From Gammaproteobacteria bacterium (GTDB lineage: Bacteria; Pseudomonadota; Gammaproteobacteria; CBDBNL01; JAAOII01): a stretch of DNA of 64,000 nucleotides. Positions 20,747-31,064 of the stretch are shown in pieces. Where the stretch lies: the NCBI GenBank assembly GCA_965209035.1, contig OZ242372.1:864001-928000 (forward strand), written 5' to 3'. The notes beneath the pieces are model-generated. The model was given only the letters and a program-made list of their open reading frames with translations. It searched no databases and was not told where the DNA came from. The position numbers and the translations under genes are program-made. The first letter of the stretch is position 1, and each line of letters starts with the position of its first letter.

Positions 20747-21820
20747 CTAATAGTTTACCATATTTCTGTATGATCCCACTTGTATTGTATGGTCCCACCC
20801 ATTTCTGGACTTTTGTTGTTTTTGCAAAAATTGGATCGGCGAGAGTTGTTTGAGAGCATAATGGGGACGTTCCAGATTATACCAAGCCAACCACTCGATG
20901 AGTTTGGCGTTGAATGCCGGCATATCCTTAACCAAGAGATGCCGCATATGACAACCGAACTCTTCCCAGAGAGTGCGATTAAACCGTTCGCAGTGTGCAT
21001 TCATTTGCGGTTTCCTTGGATAAGTATACCAGTGGGTGCTGCCGTTTGCGGTCACGATCCGGTGAAAGTCTTTGGCGAACTCACTGCCATTATCGGTGAG
21101 GACTTTTTCGATCCGAGTGCCGAGTATGTTTTGCATGGCGGTAAAGAGCCGGGCGGAACTGGCCGAAGCAGCCGAGGTATCGACATGGACTAGCGCGATG
21201 CGGGAAAATAGATCAATGCCGACATGCCAATAAAAGCGCCGGCCATCGACGATGCGGACGAGCGTATCAAAGGCAACACATTCACCTCTCCGGCCCGCAA
21301 CAAAGCAGATGTCCTTGCGCTCGCGAGGAGCACCTTGCCGCGGGTTCTTCTGCTCGGTCAGCGATGACTGGTGCCGCATCTTACCCGGTGCATCAGCGAT
21401 GATGCGGGCAATGGTTGACCGGCTGGGTGCCGGCAGCCCCTGCTGCTGGCACCATTCGGGTAACAAGCAGACCAGTTTATTGGGACCGATATTCGGTCGC
21501 TCTTGTCGCCAAGACCGGATCTTGTCAATCAGTGCCGGTGGCCAGGTGTTGGACCGCTTGGGCTGATACCCATAGTTGTTCGCCAGTTCATCGACCCCGC
21601 CTTCACGGAAACGCCGCTGCCACTCGTAGAATGTAGCACGACTGATCCCGGCATGATCCAGCGCCGCCGCGACACCATGTTTGCGCGCGAACGCTAAGGT
21701 GTCCAGTTTGATTTTGGTGGTTTTAGACATGTTTGAATATTTGTTTGCTAAAACCACCATTTTATTGAAACCGCGCACGCGATAACCAATGTAGCGTAAA
21801 CGTGTTCCTCTCATTTCCAA
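20747..21820 (-). CDS. IS481-family transposase (HTH + rve integrase core)
   Basis: GISRATFYEW HTH; DDE triad VAFDT / LTDNGSEF / CERFNRTL. Confidence 0.9.
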   Translation of the reverse strand: MEMRGTRLRYIGYRVRGFNKMVVLANKYSNMSKTTKIKLDTLAFARKHGVAAALDHAGISRATFYEWQRRFREGGVDELANNYGYQPKRSNTWPPALIDKIRSWRQERPNIGPNKLVCLLPEWCQQQGLPAPSRSTIARIIADAPGKMRHQSSLTEQKNPRQGAPRERKDICFVAGRRGECVAFDTLVRIVDGRRFYWHVGIDLFSRIALVHVDTSAASASSARLFTAMQNILGTRIEKVLTDNGSEFAKDFHRIVTANGSTHWYTYPRKPQMNAHCERFNRTLWEEFGCHMRHLLVKDMPAFNAKLIEWLAWYNLERPHYALKQLSPIQFLQKQQKSRNGWDHTIQVGSYRNMVNY

Positions 21821-21850
21821 TGTGCAGTCCGGCTGCCCTCACAAACCGTA
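20786..21850 (-). mobile_element. IS481-family insertion sequence (left end not resolved)
   Basis: TGT-terminal end tgtatggtcccacccatttc at 20786, shared with other copies in the window. Confidence 0.7.
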
Positions 21851-22085
21851 CCGTCTCGCCAGCGGATACACCTAGACAGTTTTATCAACAACAAGCCTCC
21901 GCTGTCTGCGGCGGTGAGAGCAAAACAGCTATCCGTCCTTCTTGCCCGTTTCATTCATCTAGCTCCACATACCGAAGACCCGTTGCCGGATCTATTTTCG
22001 ACCCGTCCGACAGAACCTCCGGCTGCTTGATCTGAGGACGCACAATACCAAACTCAGAGTCCAGAACCTTTATGAGACTATGCAT

Positions 22086-22128
22086 TGTATGATCCCACCC
22101 ATTTCCGGACTTTTGTTGTTTTTGTAAA
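22086..22128 (-). mobile_element. Solo IS481 right-end fragment (~43 bp)
   Basis: tgtatgatcccacccatttccggacttttgttgtttttg, same orientation as 20786. Confidence 0.8.
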
Positions 22129-22423
22129 CGCGTTATTTTGGGCAACAGCCGGATGGGGCGGTCTTTGTTTCGGCTTGTTTGTCATCCTCATCCTATTTGA
22201 TGCCGAGTCCGGCAAGACAAAAGGGGCGATAGCATCCGGTTCGGCACTTTCGGTGTTTGCACAAAAACCGATTGGAATCATATCATCAAGATCCTTTACT
22301 TTCACATACCATAGACTTGTTTTCGGATTGATGTGCTCCGACCCGAGATCGGTTAGGAAAAAATGTGCCGAATCTTGCCGACAGGATGCGGGCAGAAACA
22401 GGGATATGAGTATAATGCCGTAT

Positions 22424-23425
22424 ATGGTAAAGGATCTCTTTGGCGGCCCATCGGATCATCCCGAGAATCAAACTTCAACCGGCAGCAGGAACAATACTTT
22501 GAGTTGCAGTGCCGCTGAGATCTTAAATCTCAGTGCCGAGTTACTGAAATTAAAAGCCCCGGCTGCTCGCGATGATTTGGATAATAAAGTGATATGCCAA
22601 GACTTTTTTGATGCCGTTTCTTATTTACCCGCGGCGTTTGTCGATCTGCTGATTTTAGATCCGCCATATAATTTGACGAAGAATTATAATGGGAATGTTT
22701 TTTCGGCTAAAAAATATTCGGAGTATGAGAGTTGGTTTGAAAAAATGATTGTCCCGCTTAAACCGCTGCTTAAAAAAACCGCATCTGTGTATGTCTGTGC
22801 GGATTGGCGCACATCCGTCATTATAGCCCCGATACTGAGCAAGCATTTTAAGGTGCAGAACCGCATTACTTGGGAAAGGGAAAAGGGGCGAGGAGCGGAA
22901 AGAAATTGGAAAAATAACCTGGAAGATATTTGGTTTTGCACTGTCGATAGCAAGGATTATTATTACAATGCCGCAGCGGTAAAAATTAAGAAAAGAGTGG
23001 TCGCCCCTTATAAGAAAAATGGTCAACCCAGAGATTGGCAAGAACAAAACGGAAAAAATTTTAGGTTGACATATCATTCAAATATATGGACCGATATCAC
23101 CATTCCTTTCTTCTCTATGCGGGAGAACACACCACACCCAACGCAAAAGTCTGAAAAATTGTTTGCGAAATTAATGCTGGCGAGTAGTAAAGAAAATGAT
23201 ATGGTTTTTGATCCCTTTGGCGGCAGCGGCACCGCCGCTGTGGTGGCAAAAAAATTAAACCGCAGGTATTTATTAATAGAAAATAATCGAGAATATTGTT
23301 GTTGGGGATTAAAAAGACTAAGGCTTTCCACCATGAATAAAAGAATACAAGGGTTTACAGGCGGAGTTTTTTGGGAGAGGAATACCTTATCCGAACAAAC
23401 TAAAATGCTTAAATCAGTCGTATGA
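22424..23425 (+). CDS. Site-specific DNA methyltransferase (N6A/N4C, beta arrangement)
   Basis: ILDPPYN catalytic motif precedes HPTQK and FDPFGGSGT; start uncertain (22406-22424). Confidence 0.9.
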   Translation: MVKDLFGGPSDHPENQTSTGSRNNTLSCSAAEILNLSAELLKLKAPAARDDLDNKVICQDFFDAVSYLPAAFVDLLILDPPYNLTKNYNGNVFSAKKYSEYESWFEKMIVPLKPLLKKTASVYVCADWRTSVIIAPILSKHFKVQNRITWEREKGRGAERNWKNNLEDIWFCTVDSKDYYYNAAAVKIKKRVVAPYKKNGQPRDWQEQNGKNFRLTYHSNIWTDITIPFFSMRENTPHPTQKSEKLFAKLMLASSKENDMVFDPFGGSGTAAVVAKKLNRRYLLIENNREYCCWGLKRLRLSTMNKRIQGFTGGVFWERNTLSEQTKMLKSVV

Positions 23426-23640
23426 AGCCTGCATTTTTTTATGAAAAGAAAAGTGCTACCGTTGCCAAGAGAATTAAAGATTCTATTAATAAGCACGAAG
23501 CATTTTTAACGAAAGACCCCCCCATAGTCCCGGGGCAGTCGGGGACTCTGTGCAAGGCCTTATTGAAACAGAATTTTCAACTCTTGCCAAAGAATGGATT
23601 GCATCCTATGGCATCAAGTTTTGCCGGGAGATTTCTTTGG
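23422..23640 (+). pseudogene. Truncated, frameshifted probable type II restriction endonuclease
   Basis: Overlaps the MTase stop (ATGA); after a C7 tract at 23517 another frame reads SPGAVGDSVQGLIE..., which resembles REase N-termini from memory; sequence breaks off at ~23640. Confidence 0.5.
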
Positions 23641-23649
23641 GTTGTTAAC

Positions 23650-24603
23650 CTAAAACTGGCGTTGGCTCCTTGCGCCTCTTTCCAATACGCCAAAGCCCGC
23701 TTTGCCCAAGGCCTGTCTGACCGAGTGCATTCTAATATGCCGGCAATGATTGGTTGCCCGAGAACTGAACTTGAGCCAATTCGTGTTGCCCAGTGTTTTT
23801 AGGATTTTTTGTTTGTCTTTTTTTAAGATTAATCCGTAGCCGGAACCATACTTAACCTCTTCAAAGTCGGTAACGATGGTGATATCGTCGTTGTAAAAAG
23901 AAGAGGAGATATAACAATCGTAAGTGCCTAGCTTATCCAGCCCGCATAGCCTGGCGGGAGACGAACAAACGGTAAATATTTCCGCATACTCGCTGACATC
24001 GTAATCTTCAAAATTGTGTTTGCCATACCCTCGCTTCCAAACTTGAAAAACCGTATTGATACTGACTCTTTTATTGACATCCGGGATATAAAAACAATCT
24101 CCCTTCAACTCCTTGGTGTGCAAAAGTTGCCCGTTTAATACTCTCAGCATATTGGTTCCTTTGCCGTTGGTATAAAAAGACATCGGCAAAATAAAGCCCA
24201 CATATTCGCTAAACAATAAGGCTCTGTTGATAAACGCCAAAGCATAAGCGCCTCTTATTCCAAACGGAGGATTGCCTATCGTGATGTACTTTTTTGAAGG
24301 ATCTGCCGGATACCACTTCAAAAAGTCCGCCTTATTAACATAATCTTTTCGGGGCAAAATGTCTATTGCCACCCTCCTTCCTTCGGGGAGTAAATCATAA
24401 AAACAACCGTCGCCGGCACTGGGGTCTATAAAAGTAAAGCCATGCAGGTCTGCCGGGACGGATTTTGTAAACAACTCAAAGCATTCCTCGGCAATCATCT
24501 TGTCCGTAAAAAAACTATCTTCCGGCAGTTTTTTGTTTACCGCATAAAAAGGAAGTTCCGTTATTTCTTGCGTGTTCCGCAATCCCTTCCAAGCGCTACT
24601 CAT
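23650..24603 (-). CDS. SAM-dependent (probable N6-adenine DNA) methyltransferase
   Basis: FIDPSAGDG motif I followed by IGNPPFG motif IV and FILP. Confidence 0.8.
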   Translation of the reverse strand: MSSAWKGLRNTQEITELPFYAVNKKLPEDSFFTDKMIAEECFELFTKSVPADLHGFTFIDPSAGDGCFYDLLPEGRRVAIDILPRKDYVNKADFLKWYPADPSKKYITIGNPPFGIRGAYALAFINRALLFSEYVGFILPMSFYTNGKGTNMLRVLNGQLLHTKELKGDCFYIPDVNKRVSINTVFQVWKRGYGKHNFEDYDVSEYAEIFTVCSSPARLCGLDKLGTYDCYISSSFYNDDITIVTDFEEVKYGSGYGLILKKDKQKILKTLGNTNWLKFSSRATNHCRHIRMHSVRQALGKAGFGVLERGARSQRQF

Positions 24604-24638
24604 TACTTAAGCAATTTGTTCCGCGTTTTTTTGCTTTG

Positions 24639-25406
24639 TTAAGGCGCCACCGCGATCAATCGCATCCGGTAATGGTCGGGGTTGCCGAGCGGTTTGCGGA
24701 CTTCCAGCAAAATATCCGCATCGCCTCCCCCCTTCACCGAAGTGTCGCTGACAACACTGTCCGCCAAATATTGATCCGGCGAAAATCTGCCGGAAGCCAA
24801 GCGGGTGTTATGAACATCAAAAAAGACAACTTCCACCCAAGGAAACGCCCGCGAGAACTTGGCACGATTACGGATATTGCCCCGGATGACATAGACGGCA
24901 TCTTCGCGCAGATTGACCCGCAGCTCGCCCAAAACCAGATCGCTCGGCTCAACAAATGCCGGCAGTTGGCAATTCAAGTTACGCACCGCACACAAAAAAG
25001 CATACACGGGCCGCAAGTTTTCTTTGGACGCCCAGTCATCAAAACGCACCCATGCCAACTGAAACAAAAACACCGCCAGCAAGGCGCCATTCAAAAGCAG
25101 ACCGCCCCAAATCCTTAGTCTTTTCTTTCTTCTGTAACTTGCATAACCGGTATTATCCGAGGTCAAAATATCTTCCATAGGGTCTATTTTACTTGCATTC
25201 TCGTTGTGTGCTTCGGCAACCGACTTGTTTTTCGGCTTGCTGCCCGTCCGGGAAGAGAAAAATCCTTTCAACAGATGATCCGGGGCGTGAAAACGCAGAT
25301 CGCAATGACCGCAGATTACATCGCCGTCGGCCTTCTCCATATCTTTTTGAGTCAGGTCCATCTCCGAATTGCACGAAGGACAAAGTGCCGTATAAGGAGT
25401 CATCAT
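24639..25406 (-). CDS. Zinc-ribbon + DUF3426 membrane protein
   Basis: CPSC...VICGHC zinc ribbon, single TM, LCAVRNLNCQLP, GNIRNRAKFSRAFP. Confidence 0.8.
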   Translation of the reverse strand: MMTPYTALCPSCNSEMDLTQKDMEKADGDVICGHCDLRFHAPDHLLKGFFSSRTGSKPKNKSVAEAHNENASKIDPMEDILTSDNTGYASYRRKKRLRIWGGLLLNGALLAVFLFQLAWVRFDDWASKENLRPVYAFLCAVRNLNCQLPAFVEPSDLVLGELRVNLREDAVYVIRGNIRNRAKFSRAFPWVEVVFFDVHNTRLASGRFSPDQYLADSVVSDTSVKGGGDADILLEVRKPLGNPDHYRMRLIAVAP

Positions 25407-25705
25407 ATATTAATAATTTTATGGCAAGAACCCAAATTCGGTATGATCCGCCCCGCCCGGTTTTGGGTTCTGCGTGCTTGTGTCCGAAGCGAGACGGTGA
25501 TATCGCCCGGGCGGGCGGATGGTGATAGTGCTTCGGTTACCGAAGCGCCATTAAGTATTGGGCGTTAACAAAGAATAGAGAATAGAGCAGTTTGACATTT
25601 GACAAGATTCCCAATGTCTCCAATGTCCCCCGGCATGATCAAAATCTAAATCGGGTTGCAAGATGACCTTGCCGGTTACCCGGGGCGTTCGCGCGCATCG
25701 CGCAC

Positions 25706-26302
25706 TTATGCCCTGCGCTGTGCCGCCAGATCCTTGAGTGCCGCCCGCACCAGTTCTTCGGTGCTCATATCTGACCCTGACCCCGTCCCCGTCCCCGACC
25801 GCTGAATCCTTTCCAATACTGCCGCCGCTTCCGGCCGCTTATAACCCAAAGAGACTAACGCATTTTCCGCTTCGCGCCGGCCGGGACTTGCGTCCGCGGA
25901 ACCTGCCGCGATCGCATCCCCCAATTCATTAATCAATCGCCGTGCCATCTTGTTGCCCACACTCGGCACACGCAGCAGTTGCCGGACCTGTCCTTCCCGG
26001 ACAATGTCGCCGAGTTCGCCGACGGACAGGGTGCCGAGGATGTTCATCGCCAGTTTCGGTCCCACCGAGCTGATGCCAATCAGCGAACGAAACACTTGCC
26101 GCTCTTCGTCATCCAAAAATCCGTAAAGGGTGTGACTGTCCTCGCGCAGGACGGAATGAATGTAAAGTCGGGCATTGTCGCCCACTTTCAATTTTTCGCC
26201 GGCGGACAGCGATATTTCAATCCGGTAACCGACGCCGCCGACATCCGCAACCGCATAGCGAATATGCTTTGCGGTTATCTTGCCTTGGATATACTCAAAC
26301 AA
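25706..26302 (-). CDS. ruvA: Holliday junction branch migration protein RuvA
   Basis: VGGVGYRI, REDSHTLYGF, VGPKLA and ALVSLGYK. Confidence 0.95.
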   Translation of the reverse strand: MFEYIQGKITAKHIRYAVADVGGVGYRIEISLSAGEKLKVGDNARLYIHSVLREDSHTLYGFLDDEERQVFRSLIGISSVGPKLAMNILGTLSVGELGDIVREGQVRQLLRVPSVGNKMARRLINELGDAIAAGSADASPGRREAENALVSLGYKRPEAAAVLERIQRSGTGTGSGSDMSTEELVRAALKDLAAQRRA

Positions 26303-26336
26303 TATTTGGTCCCGGTACTTTCAAAACCTTCTCTTA

Positions 26337-26410
26337 TATAAACCAAATGATTGAGCGTATAAACCAAGCGATTGAACGTATAAACTAAATGATTGAGCTA
26401 CGATTGAACG
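26337..26410. repeat. 21-bp tandem repeat (tataaacyaarygattgarcg, ~3.5 copies) upstream of ruvA
   Basis: Directly visible. Confidence 0.75.
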
Positions 26411-26512
26411 GCACTCTGTCCCATCCCGACGCACAAACAACAGAGCCGAAGGCGCAATCAATGCTCAATGCCGAGGGCCGAGGGCTCCGGGCTATCGGTT
26501 ATCTTGCCCGCC

Positions 26513-28567
26513 TCACTTTTCTTGCTTTTTGGGCTTCTTGGTCTTTTTGGCTTCGGACTCTGTGTCTGCCGTGTCCGCCGCATCCGCCGGGTCGTCTTGA
26601 ACCTCTTCAAAAGAGGCATCCTTAACACCGGCGTCCGAATTTTGGGCATCCGTGTCCTCGCCGGACTCGGATCGGGAAGCCGCATCGGAAGCCGCATCGG
26701 AAGCCGCCCCGGAAGCTGAATTGTCTCCCTGATTGGCACTGTCGCTTTCGGCCTGCTTGGCGGCCAGCTCGGTCAAAGGAGCGGACTTCTCGCTCAGTTC
26801 CTTGATCTTTTGCTCAAGCGCATCCTTGTCGTCGCCGGCAATCGCTTCCTCCAGATCTTTGATTGCCCCTTCCGTCTCCTTGCGCTGCTCTTCGGTCAGT
26901 TCGTCTTTGTGTTTTTCAAATGCCTTGCGTGTCGCGTTGAGTAAGATATCACCCGTATTTCGCACTGCCACCAATTTTTCAAACTCGGCATCGTCGTCCG
27001 CATGCGCTTCGGCTTCTTTCACCATGCGATCTATCTCAGTTTCTTCCAAACCGCCGGAAGCCTGAATGCGAATAGACTGTTCCTTCCCGCTCTTTTTGTC
27101 CGTTGCCGATACATGCAAAATACCGTTGGCATCTATATCAAAACTGACATCTATCTGCGGGATACCGCGCGGTGCCAACGGCAGATCGGTCAAATCAAAC
27201 TTGCCGAGAGACTTGTTGTCCATCGCGCGCTTGCGTTCTCCTTGCAGCACATGGATGGTGACCGCCGGCTGGTTATCATCCGCCGTGGAAAAGATCTGAT
27301 TCTTTTTCACCGGGATCGTGGTGTTTCGCTCAATCAAATTGGTTGTCATACCGCCGAGCGTTTCGATACCCAAAGACAAGGGGGTAACATCCAAGAGGAG
27401 GACATCCTTAACATCGCCGGAAAGAACCGCCGCTTGAATGGCCGCACCCATCGCCACAGCCTCGTCCGGGTTGATGTCGCGGCGCGGCTCCTTCTTGAAG
27501 AATTCCTGCACTTTTTTCTGCACCAACGGCATGCGTGTCTGACCGCCGACCAAAATGACCTCGTCAATCTCCCCGACATTCAGTTTGGCATCCTTCACCG
27601 CCTGACGACAAGGCTCTATGGTTTTGTCAATCATCTCTTCGGCCAACCCTTCCAGTTTTGCCCGCGTCAATTTGATATTGAGATGCTTGGGACCGCCGCT
27701 GTCGGCGGTAATGTAGGGAAGATTAACATCCGTTTGCTGCGCCGAGGACAATTCTATTTTTGTCTTTTCAGCCGCTTCTTTTAATCTTTGCATTGCAAGC
27801 GGGTCCTTGGTTAAATCCAATCCCGTGTCCTTCTTAAACTCGGCTGTCAGGTAATCAATCAAAAGATTATCCAGATCTTCACCGCCGAGGAAAGTATTGC
27901 CGTTGGTTGCCAGCACCTGAAACTGCTGCTCGCCGTCCACGCTTGCCACTTCTATGACAGAAATATCAAATGTGCCACCGCCCAGGTCGTAAACCGCTAT
28001 CTTTGATTCTTTGTTTTTCTTGTCCATCCCGTAAGCGAGTGCCGCAGCCGTCGGCTCGTTGATGATGCGTTTGACTTCCAGCCCGGCAATGCGGCCGGCG
28101 TCTTTGGTTGCCTGGCGCTGGGCGTCATTAAAATACGCCGGCACCGTGATCACCGCTTGGGTCACCTTGGTATCAAAGTAATCTTCCGCCGCTTTTTTCA
28201 TCTTCTTCAGAATCTCCGCGGAAATTTGCGGCGGTGCCAGTTCTTTGTCGTTCACTTTAATCCAAGCGTCGCCGTTCTTGGCCTTAACGATTTTGAAAGG
28301 AGCCCTTTTTGCCTCTTCCGGCACTGTTTTGTCTTCAAACTTACGACCCAGCAATCGCTTAATCCCGTATAGGGTGCGTTCCGGGTTTGTCACACTTTGA
28401 CGCTTGGCGGGTTGGCCGACCAAGATGCCGTCATCGTCCGTATAGGCGACCACCGAGGGGGTGGTGCGCGCTCCTTCCGCATTTTCAATAATTTTGGGTG
28501 TTCCCCCTTCCACTACCGCAAGGCAGGAATTGGTGGTTCCCAGATCAATACCGATGATTTTTGTCAT
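26513..28567 (-). CDS. dnaK: Chaperone DnaK with extended acidic/basic tail
   Basis: [35 protein letters not shown] and NPDEAVA. Confidence 0.98.
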   Translation of the reverse strand: MTKIIGIDLGTTNSCLAVVEGGTPKIIENAEGARTTPSVVAYTDDDGILVGQPAKRQSVTNPERTLYGIKRLLGRKFEDKTVPEEAKRAPFKIVKAKNGDAWIKVNDKELAPPQISAEILKKMKKAAEDYFDTKVTQAVITVPAYFNDAQRQATKDAGRIAGLEVKRIINEPTAAALAYGMDKKNKESKIAVYDLGGGTFDISVIEVASVDGEQQFQVLATNGNTFLGGEDLDNLLIDYLTAEFKKDTGLDLTKDPLAMQRLKEAAEKTKIELSSAQQTDVNLPYITADSGGPKHLNIKLTRAKLEGLAEEMIDKTIEPCRQAVKDAKLNVGEIDEVILVGGQTRMPLVQKKVQEFFKKEPRRDINPDEAVAMGAAIQAAVLSGDVKDVLLLDVTPLSLGIETLGGMTTNLIERNTTIPVKKNQIFSTADDNQPAVTIHVLQGERKRAMDNKSLGKFDLTDLPLAPRGIPQIDVSFDIDANGILHVSATDKKSGKEQSIRIQASGGLEETEIDRMVKEAEAHADDDAEFEKLVAVRNTGDILLNATRKAFEKHKDELTEEQRKETEGAIKDLEEAIAGDDKDALEQKIKELSEKSAPLTELAAKQAESDSANQGDNSASGAASDAASDAASRSESGEDTDAQNSDAGVKDASFEEVQDDPADAADTADTESEAKKTKKPKKQEK

Positions 28568-28870
28568 TTGTTTGTTCTCTTTGTACTAACTTTACTTATC
28601 ATTAAATTAAATTAAAATCTTTGCGCTTATCTGCCGGTGCTGTGTAAAAATCCTCGGACAAGAATTCTTAGGCAAGAATCCTCGGGCGGGAATATTCGGG
28701 TAAGAAGCCATAGTAAAAATATAGGGGACATTTTTGGTATTTCAACAGATACACTCCGCGGAGATGTATTGCGTGCCTCGGAGTGGCGCACTCAAAAATT
28801 GGCGGCGGATTATGATTTGGCAACGGGTGTTGCCCCGGAAGATTGGATTTACCTTCCAAACAGGGCAGAA

Positions 28871-30115
28871 TTAATAAGCTATCTTCTTGAAGATGATTTT
28901 TTGTTCCGATTCGTTAACTGCGTATTCTAAAAATACCGGCGGGCGCGTTTCCAAGGGGAATCCCTTTGCTTCTTGTAAAAACTTTTTTGGAAATTGATGA
29001 CCGATTAAGATCGGCTGCACTTTCTTTCTGTTATTCTTTTTGTCGTTGCCAAAAATTAACTGAGAGATCCATTTTGTATAATCGGACACTTGTTTTAATG
29101 CTTTGATGTCCACCTTTCCCTTTTTGAGCTCGATCACATTGACTTTCGTTCTGGCTGTGGGGTCTTTGTGAATTGTCAAAATATCCACTTTTTCACCGCC
29201 TATCCCGTAAAGCATGTTGTTTGCAAAGTATTCCAGATCATGACTGCCGACATCATCTTTTAAAACAGGCAGATCCTTATCGATATTTTGCATTAACCAT
29301 GCCTCAAGAAATGCTTCTACTTGCAACTCGCCGTTTGGATGGGTTAAAAGCGGGACAATTATTTCCTTGGCGGTGTCCGGTCTTGCATAAGGAGTAAAAC
29401 AAACGCCGGTCAGTTCTTCATACAGGTCGTTAAGCATAAATCCCAATTTATGGCTTTCTTCGGGCAAAATCGGGTTTATACTGCGGGCTCTGCCCGCTCC
29501 GTAGGTTTTTCTAAACAACATAGTCCATAAGACGGGCAGGTTATCCTTAATGTAGTTTCTATCGATATAAGCGGTGTTGTCATCTATGACGGCTTCTTTG
29601 TCTTCCGTTTCGTTGTAAAAAAGTTTGACGGGTTGAATTAATATCCTGTTCGGCAAAATACTTGCTGCGAGAATAGCACCGCACTTTACACATCGTTTTT
29701 TTGTTCTATCGTCCGGGTGACTTTTTTCCGATAGATTGCAGGAGCATTTGGGGCAAGACCCAAAGATTTTTTTACCCCGCGAAGATAAACCGAGCGCGGA
29801 ATTTTCCGAGACGCCGTCTATGTCAGTTGTATCGAAAAAAGGCTCACTTTTTATTTGGTAAATACCTCTAAATCCGCATTCCTTTTTTTCTTCATCCACT
29901 CGCATTTGATAAAAAAAGACAAAGTCGCCGGGGCGGACACTGAGCATATCCGCGTATAAACCGTATCGGCTGGTATTGAAAAAGCCTCTTCTGTTTTTTT
30001 CGACGGGGTTCTTCACACCGCAGAATAGTCGGTCTCTGTGAACCGGATAACTGTTTTTGTCAACTACGAAAACGAATGTTTTTCTATGCATACTAAAATA
30101 AGTTGAGTGCATCAT
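28871..30115 (-). CDS. Putative restriction endonuclease: EVE/PUA-like N-terminus, Zn ribbon, PD-(D/E)xK (NucS-like) C-terminus
   Basis: VRPGDFVFFYQ; CPKC...CVKC; EAFLEAWL...VDIL...VIELKK...QVSDY; overlaps the upstream MTase. Confidence 0.65.
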   Translation of the reverse strand: MMHSTYFSMHRKTFVFVVDKNSYPVHRDRLFCGVKNPVEKNRRGFFNTSRYGLYADMLSVRPGDFVFFYQMRVDEEKKECGFRGIYQIKSEPFFDTTDIDGVSENSALGLSSRGKKIFGSCPKCSCNLSEKSHPDDRTKKRCVKCGAILAASILPNRILIQPVKLFYNETEDKEAVIDDNTAYIDRNYIKDNLPVLWTMLFRKTYGAGRARSINPILPEESHKLGFMLNDLYEELTGVCFTPYARPDTAKEIIVPLLTHPNGELQVEAFLEAWLMQNIDKDLPVLKDDVGSHDLEYFANNMLYGIGGEKVDILTIHKDPTARTKVNVIELKKGKVDIKALKQVSDYTKWISQLIFGNDKKNNRKKVQPILIGHQFPKKFLQEAKGFPLETRPPVFLEYAVNESEQKIIFKKIAY

Positions 30116-31064
30116 TAATCGTATTGTTACGCTTTATTTTTTCGTTCAGAGCGGGTCGGTATTTGATGGAAGCATTTTTCTTGAACACTTCTTCCCCGGT
30201 CGGTTTGTAAAAAATGAGAACATACGAATGAATGTTCATAGATTGGAACGGTCTTTTACCGAAAGGGCGAAATCCGCCACTTCTGTAATAACGCCAAATT
30301 AATAAATCAAACAGGTGCATTTTCTTGTTTCTGAAATAGTTGATAACATCCACATGAATCGGGACAATTCGGCGAGACGCTCCTATGCGGTTATCGGCAA
30401 CAAAGATAACCAGGTATTTGCCTTTCTTTAGGACCCGCCACATTTCTTCAAATGCCTTGTTTATTTCTGTTAAGAAGTCATCATAGTTTTCCAAAGCACT
30501 CAGGTCGTCTTGTTGATCCGAGTAGCGAATCATATCGCCGTATGGTATGTCGGTTATGATGGCATCAAAAGACTCGCTGTCCCATTTTAGTGAGCGAGCA
30601 TCCGCCACCGCCGCTTGGTGAAGCGTTTTTATTAATCCGTCATCTTTAACTTTTATTTTTTCTATGGTATCCGTGTAATCTTTAATCGCCTTGTCAATCT
30701 TTACCAGACCGTAGCGGTGGTTATTATTAAGTGAGAAGCGTTCTTTTTCCAAATCGCCGATCAGTGTTCGATAACTTGCAATCATCTCTTGGGGGCCCAA
30801 AAGACGCAACTTTTCTTTTACGATCCCAATAGCATTTTGATTGATATCCAAACTAACGGAATTTCTGCCCTGTAATTTTGCTTCCACGGCCAGAGTACCG
30901 GATCCGCTAAACGGGTCCAGTATCATATCTTGTTCTTTTGAAAAACGCTTGACCAGATGGTGAAAAACAATAGGGCGAATTTTACTCGGATATTCTCCAA
31001 CTCCATGTACCGAATAATTCACGGTTCCTTGTCGTCCAAAGTCCCATATAGATTTGTAACTCAT
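30093..31064 (-). CDS. DNA methyltransferase (motif I before motif IV, DIPY variant)
   Basis: ILDPFSGSGT, IITDIPY and RVLKKGKY. Confidence 0.85.
   Translation of the reverse strand: MSYKSIWDFGRQGTVNYSVHGVGEYPSKIRPIVFHHLVKRFSKEQDMILDPFSGSGTLAVEAKLQGRNSVSLDINQNAIGIVKEKLRLLGPQEMIASYRTLIGDLEKERFSLNNNHRYGLVKIDKAIKDYTDTIEKIKVKDDGLIKTLHQAAVADARSLKWDSESFDAIITDIPYGDMIRYSDQQDDLSALENYDDFLTEINKAFEEMWRVLKKGKYLVIFVADNRIGASRRIVPIHVDVINYFRNKKMHLFDLLIWRYYRSGGFRPFGKRPFQSMNIHSYVLIFYKPTGEEVFKKNASIKYRPALNEKIKRNNTINDALNLF

Noticed and set aside
22085-22405. N-terminal extension of the MTase ORF
   Set aside because: It begins inside an IS-end fragment and has no MTase features
28637-28930. 97-aa + strand ORF between dnaK and the nuclease
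   Set aside because: It overlaps the nuclease 3' end and has no motif; it could be a gene fragment but I cannot support that
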